Below are positions 27,191 through 40,916 of a DNA stretch of 64,000 nt, in pieces. The notes beneath the pieces were generated by a model. It did no database searches. It had not been told where the DNA came from and saw only the letters and a list, made by a program, of their open reading frames with translations. The stretch is from Octopus vulgaris (taxonomy: Eukaryota), in assembly GCA_951406725.2 (NCBI GenBank), contig OX597827.1, forward strand, positions 53,940,001 to 54,004,000. Reading direction: 5' to 3'. The translations under genes were made by a program, and so were the position numbers. Within the stretch, counting starts at the first letter, position 1, and the number at the start of each line of letters is the position of its first letter.

Positions 27191-28264
27191 TGATGAACAG
27201 ATGAGGATAAATTATCCAGACAGATACTGTATGAGCACCTAGTTGTAATTGAACCTGGTTCCTGGTTAACCACATCAAGTTGTAAAGAGCACCTAGGATT
27301 GCTAAAGGTGAGCACTCCCACTGTAATTCATTAGATGGGTAAATCCTGGATTTAGTTCACAGGATTACAAATAGTTTATTGAGTGTATATCCAAGACAAT
27401 TACAGTCAATACAGAGATTAGTAAATCTGCATATTTTTGATTTCTGCAGTCAATTATACAGCATATTTGATTTAAATTTGTTTGACATATGTTTCTGCTG
27501 CATAGAAAACTAGTAATTGCATTTGCATAAGCTACTTTCAACACATATATGTGTATACAGACACACACACACACACACATTCATGTGTGTGTGTGTGTAA
27601 AGACAGCTGAGCTTATTAACCAGCACACTAATAATTCTACCAGCTTGCTGTTGCTTTTCTGTCAATTAATAATAAAAACAAAAGCATAAACATATACACT
27701 CATGTTTTGAGTTCTATTTTCCTGTTTACATCACTAAACCACCCAGCTCACACTTTTTCCGACACTTTCACACACAGGGATAGGTACAGCCATGCACATG
27801 TGTGCATGTACATACCTACCCACACTTATATATATACACACACACACACATATGTATATGGGTGACTGAATGTCCATGTTTGCATGAGTGAGTGCATGTG
27901 TGTACCTATTGACAGGATGACCGATGTTTGCTTGTATGTATGTATATGTGTGTGAGCATGCGAGAGTGTGGGCGTATGTGTGTGTGAATGTATACATGCA
28001 CGTGCACACATATGTATATAGATCTGAGTGAGTGTGTGTCTGTGCATGTGTGTTGGTGTAGGCAGCCACAAAGTCTAAAGACCAGAATCACATCCCCACT
28101 AAAGTTCCTGACCATGCTGTTGTGCTTGACTGCTGTAGCCAGCAGTCAAACATTTACATATGCTAAACCATTAAATCTAAAGCCATAAACACCCCCTCCA
28201 CAGACAAACACACACACACACACACACACACACCCTCCATTTATTGGATCATCCCATAAATAAT

Positions 28265-29136
28265 GCGTCCTTCATTACTAACAATGCCCAAAACCTTGAC
28301 ACTTGCAGGAAATTTTGTGTGCATTATTCTTGAAATCTCAGAAAGGTTTGCACATATCTATCTGTTATTTCTTCTGTTAGTTTTCTGATCCTGGTCAAAG
28401 TTTTTCTCATCTGAGAAAAACCAAATCATACCATCTGATGGATTTTAAAGTTTGTTCAAAAGTCGTTTGGATCTGATTAAACAGCTTTCTTTTGTTTTTT
28501 TCTGACATGAACTGACCTGCTTTCATCATGTCAGATTTGTATTTGATGTCTTCATGCACAACATATCTGACATGTGATGCCTCCTCACTTTTTTCCACAA
28601 GGCCTTAGGGTGAAGGATGCTGCATATATTGAGGTTCTGGATAAATTTGTTAAGCCTTGGATCAACAGTGTACGCAATGGAAAGCCTTATATCTTTCAAC
28701 AAGATTCTGTACAATCACAGAAGGCTCAAATGACACAAGAACGGATGGCCGAGAATTTGCATGATCACATCACCACATCACCCCACAACATTTTGCCTTC
28801 TAATTCTCCAGATCTCAATCCACTGGACTACTATATATGGAGCATCGTGGAGAAAAATGTCAATGAATATCACCATAGCACCAAAGATTCTTTGAAATCC
28901 CCCATAGTTCAAGTTATGTCCAATATTAACAAGGACCACTTAATCTGAACTTGTAAACGATTTTGACTCTGTGTAGAGGCAGTTATTGATGCTTATGGTG
29001 GTTTTATTGTATGAAATGACAAAATTGATAATTTAGCTTTATGTTTATGTTATTTTTATAAAAATACAGTTCTTTCTGTTATTATATAAGAGTTTTTTTT
29101 TAAACCATAAATCTGTCCTCAAATACCATATGCACC

Positions 29137-29188
<52 letters not shown>

Positions 29189-29620
29189 TTATATATACAT
29201 ATATACACTTGCATGCACACATACATACACATGCACACACAAACATAACATGAAATTTTTTTGCAGTTGACCTCATTGATTTTCCTGAATTGTCTTCGAT
29301 GTTTTGCTTAACTTCCTGAAAAAATTCAGCTGTCCTGATAGAATCAGAGCATTTGGAATGTTTTTTTACATTTTGATTCAGGTAATACTCTTCCATCTTC
29401 TTACTCTAACTCACACTGAATCTTGTGGACAAAAGATCTTGCAGCTTTCAGAAAGCGAGAAATATCTAAATCACCATGCTTAGCCTTCAAAGCCACAATC
29501 ACAGCATACCTTTTCATTTCATCAGTAAGCATAGGGCCTGTCATAGTTATTTTCTGAAATAGAAGTAGTCAAATAAAATAATGAGTAAAAATGTATGTGT
29601 CCTCAAATACCGCCTGCACA
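28265..29620. mobile_element. Rearranged DD37D (maT-type) transposon in three pieces
   Basis: N-terminus on minus 29620-29248; middle on minus 28575-28265 (WFFSDEK..., KFPASVKVLGIVSNEG); C-terminus on plus 28571-29140 (FQQD..NSPDLNPLDY). D-D spacing is 40, or 37 after removing a 9-bp CACATCACC duplication. Confidence 0.8.
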
Positions 29621-29668
29621 GAGAGAGAAGGAGAGAGAAAGAAAGAGAGTGACAGATAGATAAATAGA

Positions 29669-29751
<83 letters not shown>

Positions 29752-29834
29752 GGTCCCGGGTTGATTCGGGGTTAACCACAGTAAGTAAGGTACTCAATAC
29801 ATAGCAGAGTAAAATTAATTTATTATATAGAGGG

Positions 29835-29885
29835 AGCTTCTACAGGACTAGTACTGTTTCATTCAAGAGAAATCTTCAGGAAGCT
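29835..29885 (-). ncRNA. Type I hammerhead ribozyme in Penelope pseudo-LTR
   Basis: AGCUUC-CUGAAGA-UUUCUCUUGAAU-GAAA-CAG UACUAGUC CUG-UA-GAAGCU; 6-bp stem I, GUA triplet. Confidence 0.85.
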
Positions 29886-30239
29886 ATTTAACAAGTATTG
29901 TATTAGCATTTATACATTTAGGCAGGTTTAAAGGAGTGGTGGTGGGGGACTTTTTTGGGGGTAGGCATAGCGCAAAATATCATACTTGGGGGAGTGGTCA
30001 AGGAGTCAGTGGTAAGTTAGATGAAAGAGTAGATAAATAAAAAAATAAAAAAATAAAAAAATAAAAAAATAAAATAAAATAAAAAAAAATAATAATAATA
30101 AAAAAATATATATAAAAAAAATATATATATAAAAAAATATATATATAAAAAAAAAGGGGGGATAGAGTTATAGGTAAATAAGGAGATTCTCACTTATACC
30201 TATACACATATGTATACGTATCTACACACACATATATAT

Positions 30240-30292
<53 letters not shown>

Positions 30293-30590
30293 TACACACA
30301 TACATACATATCTACATACACACATACATACACCCGCCCACATATACAAATTTATACACATGCACATGCATATACCTGTCTACACATACACACACGTATA
30401 TATGCATACACTCACTCCCATGCATGCACGCATACACACATGTATATATATACCCACGACCACACATACATATATACACAGAAAAATATATATTCATACG
30501 CACATACACTCATGCACACACAACACACCTAGTTCCCTATATACACATATTTACACCTATATATACATACACCCACATACACATATGTAC

Positions 30591-30631
<41 letters not shown>

Positions 30632-30730
30632 CACGCATACACATATATACATGTGTGCACATACATACATATACACATATACATACCCACACACATACAC
30701 ATGTGTACCTATACATACCTACACATACAC

Positions 30731-30761
<31 letters not shown>

Positions 30762-31085
30762 CAATCCAATACAGGCCCATTCCCTAATTTTAATTTTATT
30801 ATCTTCATTTATTACTTTTGTTATCTTTGATCGCTAGAGCTAAGGATCCTGGCTATGGCAGCATGTCCATTTGTCTGTCTACTAGAAGGCAAGTACTCAT
30901 TCCCGCACGCACACTCATTAGCACGTACATTCACCCATTCGTACACTCATACACATACACGTACGCACGCGTTATATTCATACATACAAACATCTACATA
31001 CGTTCACGTATATACATATACGTACTCGTACCTACAGATTCGTGTCTACACTTTAGGAGGCTAGTCTATACATATACACCAATAA

Positions 31086-31117
<32 letters not shown>

Positions 31118-31297
31118 ACATACACACACACACATATATACTCCTACATACAGATACATACCTATATATATATTTATATATATATATATATCTATATATA
31201 TATATATATATACATATATACATATACATACATACACATACACACATATCTATACACACACATACATACACATATATATACATACACAAACATATAT

Positions 31298-31337
<40 letters not shown>

Positions 31338-31446
31338 ACACACACACACATACATACATATACACACAAACACATACATACGTATACATACATACATACA
31401 TCCATACATCCATACTTACATGCATTTATACGCATACACACACCCA

Positions 31447-31487
<41 letters not shown>

Positions 31488-31976
31488 TCACACATACATA
31501 TACAAATATACGCACACACATACATACATACACGTATACACATACACGCACATACACATATACATGCGTACCCATACACGTGCACACGCGCACGTGCATC
31601 CATATATATACACACACACACATATATACACGTGTGCAAGCATACATACATACTCATACACGCACACATACTTACATATACATATATGCACACACTTACA
31701 CACATATATACATACACATATACGTGCATACATACATATATGCATACATACACATACACGCACATACACATATACATGCGTACCCATACACGTGCACACA
31801 CGCACGCGCATCCATATATATACACACACACACATATATACACGTGTGCAAGCATACATACATACTCATACACGCACACATGCTTACATATACATATATG
31901 CACACACTTACACACATATATACACATACACATATACATGCATACATACATATATTCATACATACACACACGCACA

Positions 31977-32032
<56 letters not shown>

Positions 32033-32371
32033 CACATACATATATACACATACACATACATACACATATACATATACATACACATACACATACATACATA
32101 TATATATATATATACACATATATACACATATACACATACATATATACACATATACATACATATACATACACACACACATACATATATACATATACACTGA
32201 TACACATACCCATACATATATATATATATATACACACACACACATATACACATGCATATACTTATATCTCTACATACTCACATATAAGCATATACATATA
32301 TATACACACATATATATATACATGTACATACACATACACATACATATATATATATATATATACATATACCC

Positions 32372-32404
<33 letters not shown>

Positions 32405-33044
32405 TACATATACACATATACATGTATACATACGCAATAATGATACACATATATACACATACACACACACAGACAGATGCATATACATACATATATATAT
32501 AAATTACATATCTATATAAATACATACATAATACACATATACACACACATATATATACATGCATATACATATACAAATATACATACCCATACATACACAC
32601 ACACGCGCACACATACATATACACACACACATATACAAATACATACATACACACATACACACACACACATGTATACATGCATGTACACATACACACATAT
32701 ATATATCAACAAGGGAGGGTAAAGTTAATTAGTTATTAATCAATTTCACCAAGTATTCAGTATGTAAAGGGACCATTATTATTTTGAGTAAACAATGTTA
32801 GAGGGAAAAAAATTCTCTAAGTAGTGGAAGAGGCTAAAAAACTTTATTGGCTGCTATTTCTAGAAAGTTTAGTATGTGGCAAAGTAATTTATTTTATTTT
32901 ACTTTACTAAGCCCTAATTATATAATATTTTATACATGCATACACATACATAAACACATACATTTACACATACATATGCATATACGTATATACACATATA
33001 CATACAAACACATATACACATATACACACACACACACATACAAG

Positions 33045-33075
<31 letters not shown>

Positions 33076-33320
33076 ATATATGCAAATATATATACACATA
33101 TATATATTTTTACATGCATACATACACACACACACACATAATACATGCGTATATTCCTACTGTACCCATGCATTTCTATACATATATACATACATACGAT
33201 ACACATATACAAACGTGCACATACAATATGTGAAAGGTCTTAGGAGAAAAGGTAATCGGGGGTGCTAGGGGAACAGTGGGGTTGGGGGGGTTGTAGGGGG
33301 GTTGTAGGGGGGGGTTGTCA

Positions 33321-34552
33321 TCAATCAGGTTGCCGGGTAGGTCTATAGTTCTTGTAGTTCGCATACTTCTTATGCATGCAATTTGGGGAGTGTTCTGAAA
33401 ATTTGTTAAGGAGAGGGCCTTTGGCGAACAAGATCTCTAGGCTCTCTGATATGCATAGGTCACAGCAGGTATGTCCTCCTGTGTACGAGCGCGCCTTCTG
33501 TAGTAGTTTCCACTTGGTCTTGAAGGGGATTGAGTTCCTTTTAAGGTACCAGATGTGGGCGGCGAGGGTAGTTTGGTTGGATTTATCCTGTCGCCGGAAC
33601 GAGTGTGTATGTGCGTACCAGCGGGTCTTAAAGCTGTTTGACGTCATTCCAATGTAGGATTTACTTTTATCGTCAAGGCCTGATCTTACCTCGCATTTAT
33701 ATACTAGGTCCCTCTGTAGGCAGTTGTTGTTGAGGGGGCAGGTGGTTTTATCATGGCAGTTGCAACTGCTATCGGACGTTGGATGGGCCCCGGAGAAAGT
33801 AGATATGTTAAGTTTTTTCACATTGTTGTTGGCTAGGTTCCTGGCTAGATTGGGCGTGGTAGAGTAGGAGAGTCTAATAGTATTCTTATTTAGGATAGTG
33901 TAGTACTTATGTTGGGTGGGGAAGTGTTTCTGTAGGAGAGTGAAAAAGATCTTAGCTACAGGTGTAGCGACCTCACGGTTGAAGGGGGGTTGTACCAGCT
34001 AATGTGTCTTCGTCTATTTTTCCTGGGTTGGCGTGGGGCTATACTAGTGTAGGTAATCTTATCTTTAAAACCACTGCGGGCCAGGGCCTCGTTGTAATAG
34101 GGGGCTGCGGCCTTAAAGATATCTTCCGTGGCGGACAGGCTAGAGATTCTAATTGAGACACTTTTTACTAGGTTATCTAATATATTTTTGGGGTGGTTGG
34201 AATTGATATCTATATATCTAAGGGATTCATTTGGTTTGTGGTACGGGTAATAAAGTGAGGTTTTTAAGTCGAGGGTGACATCGAGGAAGTTAGCCTTTGT
34301 TAAGTTGGATTCTAGGGTAATCCTAAGGCCTAAGTTTTTAAAGAAGGTGTGAAGATTTTTCCGGAACCCATCCGTGGTCCTGGGGTTTATATTGTGGAGG
34401 GCGAAAAGGCCGTCATCTCGGTAAAGACCACCGGAGAGGCCTGTGAATAGGGTTTTCAGCCTATGGAGGATGAAAAGGCCCACTAGGTCACTTATTTCAG
34501 CAGAGTCGTTAGCACCCATGCTGACGTCGAAGGGGGTCACAGATTTTTTGTT
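33321..34552 (-). pseudogene. Penelope RT (C-terminal half) plus GIY-YIG endonuclease, one frameshift
   Basis: [49 protein letters not shown] and LVYK..SYIGMTSNSFKTRW motifs. Adding one base to the G6 run at 33984-33989 joins ORFs 33956..34912 and 33321..33821. Confidence 0.92.
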
Positions 34553-35033
34553 GTATGGGTACGCATGTATATGTGTATGTGCGTGTATGTGTATGTATGC
34601 ATATATGTATGTATGCACGTATATGTGTATGTATATATGTGTGTAAGTGTGTGCATATATGTATATGTAAGTATGTGTGCGTGTATGAGTATGTATGTAT
34701 GCTTGCACACGTGTATATATGTGTGTGTGTGTATATATATGGATGCACGTGCGCGTGTGCACGTGTATGGGTACGCATGTATATGTGTATGTGCGTGTAT
34801 GTGTATACGTGTATGTATGTATGTGTGTGCGTATATTTGTATATGTATGTGTGAGTGTGTATATATATATATATATATATATAGATGGGTGTGTGTATGC
34901 GTATAAATGCATGTAAGTATGGATGTATGGATGTATGTATGTATGTATACGTATGTATGTGTTTGTGTGTATATGTATGTATGTGTGTGTGTGTATGTAT
35001 GTATGTATGTATGTATGTGTGTGTATGTGTGTA

Positions 35034-35080
<47 letters not shown>

Positions 35081-35159
35081 ATATATGTTTGTGTATGTAT
35101 ATATATGTGTATGTACGTGTGTGTATATATATGTGTGTATGTGTATGTATGTATATGTA

Positions 35160-35199
<40 letters not shown>

Positions 35200-35252
35200 T
35201 ATATATAGGTATGTATCTGTATGTAGGAGTATATATGTGTGTGTGTGTATGT

Positions 35253-35284
<32 letters not shown>

Positions 35285-35608
35285 TTATTGGTGTATATGT
35301 ATAGACTAGCCTCCTAAAGTGTAGACACGAATCTGTAGGTACGAGTACGTATATGTATATACGTGAACGTATGTAGATGTTTGTATGTATGAATATAACG
35401 CGTGCGTACGTGTATGTGTATGAGTGTACGAATGGGTGAATGTACGTGCTAATGAGTGTGCGTGCGGGAATGAGTACTTGCCTTCTAGTAGACAGACAAA
35501 TGGACATGCTGCCATAGCCAGGATCCTTAGCTCTAGCGATCAAAGATAACAAAAGTAATAAATGAAGATAATAAAATTAAAATTAGGGAATGGGCCTGTA
35601 TTGGATTG

Positions 35609-35639
<31 letters not shown>

Positions 35640-35708
35640 GTGTATGTGTGTGTGTATGTATATGTGTATATGTATGTATGTGCACACATGTATATATGTG
35701 TATGCGTG

Positions 35709-35753
<45 letters not shown>

Positions 35754-36049
35754 GTACATATGTGTATGTGGGTGTATGTATATATAGGTGTAAATATGTG
35801 TATATAGGGAACTAGGTGTGTTGTGTGTGCATGAGTGTATGTGCGTATGAATATATATTTTTCTGTGTATATATGTATGTGTGGTCGTGGGTATATATAT
35901 ACATGTGTGTATGCGTGCATGCATGGGAGTGAGTGTATGCATATATACGTGTGTGTATGTGTAGACAGGTATATGCATGTGCATGTGTATAAATTTGTAT
36001 ATGTGGGCGGGTGTATGTATGTGTGTATGTAGATATGTATGTATGTGTG

Positions 36050-36098
<49 letters not shown>

Positions 36099-36478
36099 AT
36101 ATATATGTGTGTGTAGATACGTATACATATGTGTATAGGTATAAGTGAGAATCTCCTTATTTACCTATAACTCTATCCCCCCCTTTTTTTTATATATATA
36201 TTTTTTTATATATATATTTTTTTTATATATACATTTTTTATGTTTTTATTTTTTTTATTTTTTTATTTTTTTATTTTTTTATTTTTTTATTTTATTTTTT
36301 AATTTTTTTATTTTTTTATTTTTTTATTTATCTACTCTTTCATCTAACTTACCACTGACTCCTTGACCACTCCCCCAAGTATGATATTTTGCGCTATGCC
36401 TACCCCCAAAAAAATCCCCCACCACCACTCCTTTAAACCTGCCTAAATGTATAAATGCTAATACAATACTTGTTAAAT

Positions 36479-36529
36479 AGCTTCCTGAAGATTTCTCTTG
36501 AATGAAACAGTACTAGTCCTGTAGAAGCT
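36479..36529 (+). ncRNA. Type I hammerhead ribozyme, inverted-arm copy
   Basis: Identical to 29835-29885 on the opposite strand. Confidence 0.85.
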
Positions 36530-36539
36530 CCCTCTATAT

Positions 36540-36581
<42 letters not shown>

Positions 36582-36708
36582 AGATAGGGGTTGAAAATTC
36601 AACCCGCCTTTACTGTTATGTAATGGTGTAATAAAGTATTGATTGGGTATCATCTGTTGGTTGATGTTTGATTGATTTAAGTATGTTTCTCCATTTTCTA
36701 ATTTTGTA

Positions 36709-36747
<39 letters not shown>

Positions 36748-37754
36748 AAAAATATAATTCCCACTAAATGTCTCATGATGCCTACATTGCTAGAAATAAG
36801 AGCTAAATTGTTCTATTGCTGAAGTAAAAGCACATAGTTGTATACATATATGCTCACAGGGCTGTAATCACCCAAAAGCACTGATTATATATATATATGT
36901 ACATATATATGTGCATGCATATATGTGTGTGTGTGTGACTGTGTGTGTGCATGTGTGTGTGTGTGTGTGTGTGTCTGTGTGTCTGTGTGTGTGACTGTAT
37001 GTGTGTGCATCTTTGTGTGTTTGTGTGTGTTAAAGTAATATAGTTTATGTGAAGCATTGTTGTGAAATTAAGTTAAAAGTGTTTTAAATGCCACTGTAAT
37101 GCAATTTTGAAATAAAGGAGTGAAAACAAAGCAAATATTTACACCTTTTCCATCTATTACAATATTTCAGCTTTAAAATGCTCTTTTGAAGAGAAAATGC
37201 AGAATGATTTTAACTCTGATCTACACTGATCTATTGCAGCGGGGGAAGAATGATGTGTTGAATAACTCTGATGCATCATGTAACCATTGTCTGTTGCTGA
37301 TTTTGAGATTTATTTATTTATTTATATTTTAAATAAGAATGATCTCTTTAATCTTAAAATTTCCAATATTCCATTCAGTGGCTTTGATGGTGGCCATAAT
37401 GTTCTGCTTACATCTCTCTTGATGTATTTTCAACGGAAGAAGCATTTGTATGAACGTGTTCTTTAGAGTAGAAGTGCTTTTTGCAAATTGTGGTACTGAT
37501 ATAAAATTTGCTTCGTTTATTACATATGTTATACACCAACACAACCTATGTGCACATGCTCAAGACCACCACCACCACCACCATCATACTGTTTAGAGAA
37601 TAGTTGGCCAATGTGCAGTATTGTATTCTATATAGTGGAAGTATCTCTCAGGCAGTCATTTTTCAGGAAAGGCTTAGAATGGTCCTACTGTATATCCAGT
37701 ACCTTTTTACATTTCATCCAGTGGATTGCAACAATAATTTTATCAACATTGTGA

Positions 37755-38290
37755 ACATCATCATCATTTAATGTTCACTTTACATGCTGCCATGGGTTGG
37801 CAGGTTTGACTGGAAACTGGTAAGCCAGGGAGCTGCACCAGGTTCCAATCTGATTTGGCATGGTTTCTACGGCTGGGTGCTCCTTCTAACACCAACCACT
37901 CCAAAAGTGTAATGGTTGGTTTTTACATGCCACCGGCATGAATATCATTGATGTAACACTGGCATCGGCCATAAGTACAATCTGACTTGGCTTGACAGGT
38001 CTTCCCAGGCATGGTATATTGCCAAAGGTCTCTGACACCTGTCACTGCCACCATGAGGCCTGCCACTTGAATGGTGCTCTTTACATACCACTGTCATGGG
38101 TACCAGTCAGATGGTACTGGCATCAGGTATGACTATGATTTCACTTTGCTTGACAGGTCTTCACAAGCACAGCATATCGCCCAATATTTGAAAGGTGCTT
38201 TTTATGTGCCAGTTACACAACACTGGCATCGGCCATGACTATGGTTTCACTTGGCTTAACAGGTCTTCTCAAGCATGGCATATTGCCAGA
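37755..38290 (-). mobile_element. RTE-type LINE 3' UTR fragment
   Basis: Same family as 10474-11231. Confidence 0.65.
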
Positions 38291-38640
38291 GTTCTTGTTG
38301 TTGTTTGTTCCTTCTCAAGCCATGCCTGGCTCATAAGGGCTGGTTTCCCGGTTTCTTTGGCATATAGGTGAGCTGCAAGATGCAGGGGGAAAGAGTGAGA
38401 AAACGTTGTGGCAAATGTGAAAGAGTCAGCAGAAGTTCGCCATTACCTTCTGTTGAAGCTGCGTGGAGCCGCATTTTCACTCTTAAACACACACATTGCC
38501 TGGTCTGAGACTCGAACCCTTGATCCCTCGACAGTTATTTTATAATTGTAACAGCTGGTACCTTAAATCACATATCTTGAATTTCATGCCATCAGTCTGC
38601 AGAAGTGAATATATGTACATATACGTGCATATGCATGTGT

Positions 38641-38671
<31 letters not shown>

Positions 38672-39049
38672 GTGTGACTGTTTGTCACTTTTATATTGAG
38701 TCATTCTGAGAAGTTTGTAAAATTAGTAGGGGCAAGAAATGTATTAGTTTTCCTAAGCTAAGTGGTGAAACAAATGTGGGAGAGTGAAATGTTATTCTTC
38801 TGAAATTAATACTCACTATAACATAACATAACAAGAAAACTCAGTCTAAAGCCCAAACTTAGCCAATCTCTTCCTATCACTTGGCTTAAGAAAACTAATA
38901 AGTGTCTTCTCTTTACTAACTCAGAAGGCAAAGATATTACAAGGTATAAATAGCACATTAAATTAATAGGATTTCATATGTATTTAACCTTGAAGAGCTA
39001 TAACTCTAATATACATGCATATGTGTGTGTATTTTATGTGAATGTATGT

Positions 39050-39095
<46 letters not shown>

Positions 39096-39486
39096 TTTGC
39101 ATCAGAGTGTGTTGTTGTTATTTAAACTCAGGCTGTCAGTTTTGATCAAGCAGATGCATGATCAATGCTGTTCTAGTCATTCCCAAACCATTATTTTGTA
39201 TTTATGGCGACTACATTGTTAATTTTGTCCTTCATTTTTAAGACAGTGGAGTGTAATTTTACAGAGATTTTGCTGCTATTTCTTGCAAGTTAACTAACCA
39301 CATAGAAGCTTCTTCGTCGGTTTTGCCTCTACTGATGTGTATGTGCTGTTGTTTGGACATAAGTCATACCAGGTTAGACTGCCCTATAATCAAACACATT
39401 CTGGACATGATCATCTTATATGTTTGTCTACACACACATGCACACAAACACACACACATACACACACACACAAACACACACACACA

Positions 39487-40349
39487 TGAGGAGGTACCCA
39501 AAAGTAACCGGAAATGTTATCTGTGAGACAAGTCCATTGTAGTTCAGGCTCCTGCCACTAGAACCCACTTGATTCAACCCTCAGGCATCAGTCTGCCGAC
39601 TGACATCATTGCATCAAGTCGTACTGCCATGTGGTACATCTTTGTTTTGCAGTGCTTCTCCCCTGTTCATCGATTTTTGCAATGGCTGAGATGAAGGAAT
39701 AGTGTGCTTTCATGCAATTCTGTTTTCTGCCGGGGAAAACAGTGGCCAAAACCGTTGTCATGTGTCAAACTGCTTACAGGGATGCTGCCATGAGCAAAGC
39801 ACAAATTTATGAGTGGTTTTCACACTTTAGGAATGGTCACTTGTTGTTTGAAGAACATCCTCATTCAGAGCAACTGTCAATCTCCTTAATGAATGAAAAC
39901 ATCATGGAAATTCATGAACTAATCATGGAAGACTGTTGCTGGACAATTAACGAATTTGAGGAGATATGACTGGTGTCTTCTGGGGCTCCTGTCAACGAAT
40001 TTTGAGTGAGGAATTGTGAATGAAAAGAGTTGCAACATAATTTGTGCCTCACAGAAGATCAAAAGCAGTCACGACTGAATGAACTGAAAGAACAGTTGTA
40101 AGTTGATCCGGATCTTTTTTTGAATGTTATCACAGGTGATGAAAGCTGGTACTACAGAATTTGCAGATGTGGAAGAGGTGAAGGAAAAAAACAACAGAGG
40201 CATTAAAAGGCATCACTTTGCAAAAGTTCAGGACTGCTTCAAACAGTGAAAAATGGAGAATACTTTGAAGGTGATAAAAGTGTAAACATGTAAAACTAAA
40301 TGAATAAAATAATATTGCAAAATTCAGGTTTCTTTTGGCTACCCCCTCG
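39487..40349 (+). mobile_element. Internally deleted mariner
   Basis: TIRs TGAGGAGGTACCCAAAAGTAACC and GGTTTCTTTTGGCTACCCCCTCG-TA; HTH ORF 39712..39969 and VITGDESWYY motif. Confidence 0.85.
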
Positions 40350-40369
40350 TATATGTGTATAGGTGTGGC

Positions 40370-40681
40370 CAGTGGCGGACTGGGTCTAAAAATATTGGTT
40401 GCCAAGAGACTAAGGAGGCCCACCAGCAACTACAAGGGGCCCCACCTGCAGCTACAATGCTATCATTTAATTTTATTTTTGTTAAAAGTATTCTTTTTAA
40501 CTGTCTACAAACACAGCCAGGCTGAAATAATTAATGCATTCTTCCAGGAGTGAATAAAAAACTCTCAAACTTATGAGGATGGGCCCCTTAGATACTAACA
40601 TGGGCCCCTGTATATGGATTCTAATGGCACAGGAGCCCAATTGCCACTGGGCAAGCTGACAACCTGGCCAGTCTGCCACTG
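40370..40681. mobile_element. hAT-type MITE (312 bp) inserted in an S1 SINE head
   Basis: TIRs CAGTGGCGGACTGG / CCAGTCTGCCACTG; exact 8-bp TSD GGTGTGGC (40362-40369, 40682-40689). Confidence 0.9.
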
Positions 40682-40836
40682 GGTGTGGCTGTGTGAGAAG
40701 AAGCTTGCTTCCCAACCACCTAATTTCAAGTTCAGTCCCACTGTGTGGCACTTTGAGTAAGTGTCTTCTCACTATAGCCTCAGGCCGACCAAAGCCTTGT
40801 GAGTAGATTTGGCAGACAGAAACTGAAAGAAGCCCA

Positions 40837-40916
<80 letters not shown>

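Larger units (their letters stand above)
29749..36544 (-). mobile_element. Young 5'-truncated Penelope-like retroelement with inverted pseudo-LTR
   Basis: RT plus GIY-YIG ORF 34552-33321; pseudo-LTR/3' region 33320-29749; inverted copy 34552-36544 of 29819-31790; flanked by (TA)n on both sides. Confidence 0.92.

Noticed and set aside
30210-36128. Long His/Thr/Tyr/Ile or Val/Cys/Met ORFs (up to 460 aa), also at 23981-24376 and 26065-27321
   Set aside because: Translations of stop-free dinucleotide and tetranucleotide repeats, open in several frames; no protein signal.
37405-37545. Possible minus-strand exon ending in GTAAGC
   Set aside because: Weak acceptor and unrecognised peptide; unsupported without RNA data.
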